Below are positions 62,944 to 64,000 of a stretch of 64,000 nt of DNA, one piece after another; the stretch's first letter is position 1, and every line of letters starts with the position of its first letter. The notes beneath the pieces were generated by a model, which ran no database searches, was not told the origin of the DNA, and was given only the letters and a program-made list of their open reading frames with translations. Position numbers and translations under genes: made by a program. Origin of the DNA: a virus; the IMG/VR virus record IMGVR_UViG_3300029850_000008. The stretch is one strand, 5' to 3'.

Positions 62944-63726
62944 ATGACACCAAACCAAAAACGAAAATCAGTAATTGATAAGTACGATGAAATTATTGGA
63001 AGAAACATATATAACCAGACGCTTCGGGACTGGTGCTACAAGCCATATAAAGATGGAAAATACTACAGTGATTGTTCTTCTTCCATCTGCTATGCCTACA
63101 AAGAAGCAGGACTCGGATTTGGAATTTTGAATACCGCAGGAATGTATAATTCCAAGAAATTGACCACAGTCAATGTGGAGATCAAGGACGGCATTCCAAA
63201 TGAGAAAGATTTGAGAATGGGAGATATGCTTCTGTTTGCCGGAAATGATTCTAGTAGACCTCTTCGTATTGGCCACGTAGAAATGTATGTTGGAGGCGGT
63301 AAAATTTGTGGGCATGGAAGCGGAAGACCATCTTACAAGGACTTGAAAACATACTGCAAAAACCGCTACAATTCATTTGCTCCTGGTGGATGGAGAAAAG
63401 GCGTTGTGTGTGTAAAAAGATATATCCAAGATGAAACTGAACCAGAAGGATGGGTAAAAGATTCTCATGGTTGGTGGTGGAGTAATGGAGACGGAACATT
63501 TGCTAAAAGCGAATGGAAACTGATTAATCATCATTGGTATCTCTTTGGCGCAAACGGATATATCAGAAAAGGCTGGCACCGTTGGAATCCAGACACAAAA
63601 CAGGTAGATCCATTTGACGGATCTGGAGATTGGTATTTCTTGGACGATACAGAAAATGGAGATTTTGAAGGTGCTTGCTGGCATAGCCGGGACAACGGGG
63701 CACAAGAAATCTGGTATGTTGAGTAA
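62944..63726 (+). CDS. Endolysin: NlpC/P60-like peptidase + cell-wall-binding repeats
   Basis: ..SDCSSSICYAY.. (Cys), ..IGHVEMYVG.. (His); C-terminal GW..G.W..WYLFG..GY...GW repeats. Confidence 0.75.
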   Translation: MTPNQKRKSVIDKYDEIIGRNIYNQTLRDWCYKPYKDGKYYSDCSSSICYAYKEAGLGFGILNTAGMYNSKKLTTVNVEIKDGIPNEKDLRMGDMLLFAGNDSSRPLRIGHVEMYVGGGKICGHGSGRPSYKDLKTYCKNRYNSFAPGGWRKGVVCVKRYIQDETEPEGWVKDSHGWWWSNGDGTFAKSEWKLINHHWYLFGANGYIRKGWHRWNPDTKQVDPFDGSGDWYFLDDTENGDFEGACWHSRDNGAQEIWYVE

Positions 63727-63756
63727 CTATTAATTTTTCATAGATGGAGGTTTATT

Positions 63757-64000
63757 ATGTCGGAGCAGTTAAAATTATCAAATGGGCAAGTATATGACCT
63801 TGTTACCGATGGTGTGCAACAGAGTGGAGATAACCTGGTTTTAAAGTTCCAACCATCGTTTAAAACATTTGCAGGGATTGAAAATGATTTTGATGATGAG
63901 TCAAAAACAGAGAAAATCTATGTTTTGGATTCTGCCGGAGAAACCATGATGTCTCTTGTTGGATACACCCAGTATAAGGGCATGGAAAAGATTATGAATT
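63757..64000 (+). CDS. Hypothetical protein, 3' end outside window
   Basis: GGAGG RBS before ATG 63757, open to window end. Confidence 0.45.
   Translation, partial: MSEQLKLSNGQVYDLVTDGVQQSGDNLVLKFQPSFKTFAGIENDFDDESKTEKIYVLDSAGETMMSLVGYTQYKGMEKIMN

Larger units (their letters stand above)
1..64000. mobile_element. Temperate tailed-phage genome segment (siphovirus-type, Firmicutes/Clostridia-like)
   Basis: Contiguous replication, lysogeny, packaging, head, tail and lysis modules; no recognisable host housekeeping genes. Confidence 0.85.

Noticed and set aside
1-64000. A retron or diversity-generating retroelement.
   Set aside because: No reverse-transcriptase-like ORF appears in any frame.

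Overview
This window is an AT-rich, densely packed temperate tailed-phage genome of siphovirus type that looks Firmicutes/Clostridia-like. I saw no host housekeeping genes.

- **1-18.5 kb (+): recombination and replication.** RecT, an MBL-fold hydrolase, SSB, an ERCC4-like nuclease, a helicase::DNA-methylase fusion, a replisome organizer and a T7 gp4-like primase-helicase. There is also a C5-methyltransferase broken at a G7 run, plus many small Zn-ribbon ORFs.
- **18.7-21.0 kb.** A large serine recombinase, followed by a 0.55-kb repeat-rich non-coding stretch that is the candidate attP.
- **21.0-22.6 kb (-).** An operon of tiny genes. Its spacers carry two type II hammerhead ribozyme motifs and a GC-rich structured leader with a 20-codon hydrophobic mini-ORF.
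- **22.6-34 kb.** RHH and HTH regulators, two Bro-N antirepressors, a J-domain protein, a repeat-rich pac/ori-like region and TerS. It also holds nucleotide-metabolism genes (MazG, DUF3310, DUF4406-like, ThyX-like) and two tRNAs.
- **34.9-60.4 kb.** TerL is interrupted in its P-loop by a 152-aa class-3-like mini-intein. Portal and head genes follow, then a cluster of low-complexity proteins, a holin, tail genes and the tape measure. A plasmid-like RHH+Rep module sits between the tape measure and distal tail genes, followed by tail tip and fibre.
- **60.5-63.7 kb.** A small inverted cassette flanked by direct repeats, a tyrosine recombinase with lox/dif-like palindromes, and an endolysin.

A conserved promoter-like box recurs at four late-gene sites; at three of them, and at a canonical promoter upstream of terS, an intrinsic terminator follows.

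Three broken ORFs are each repaired by adding one base to a homopolymer. Assembly error must therefore be excluded before making any phase-variation claim.

All calls come from reading the sequence and ORF translations by eye. No searches were run.
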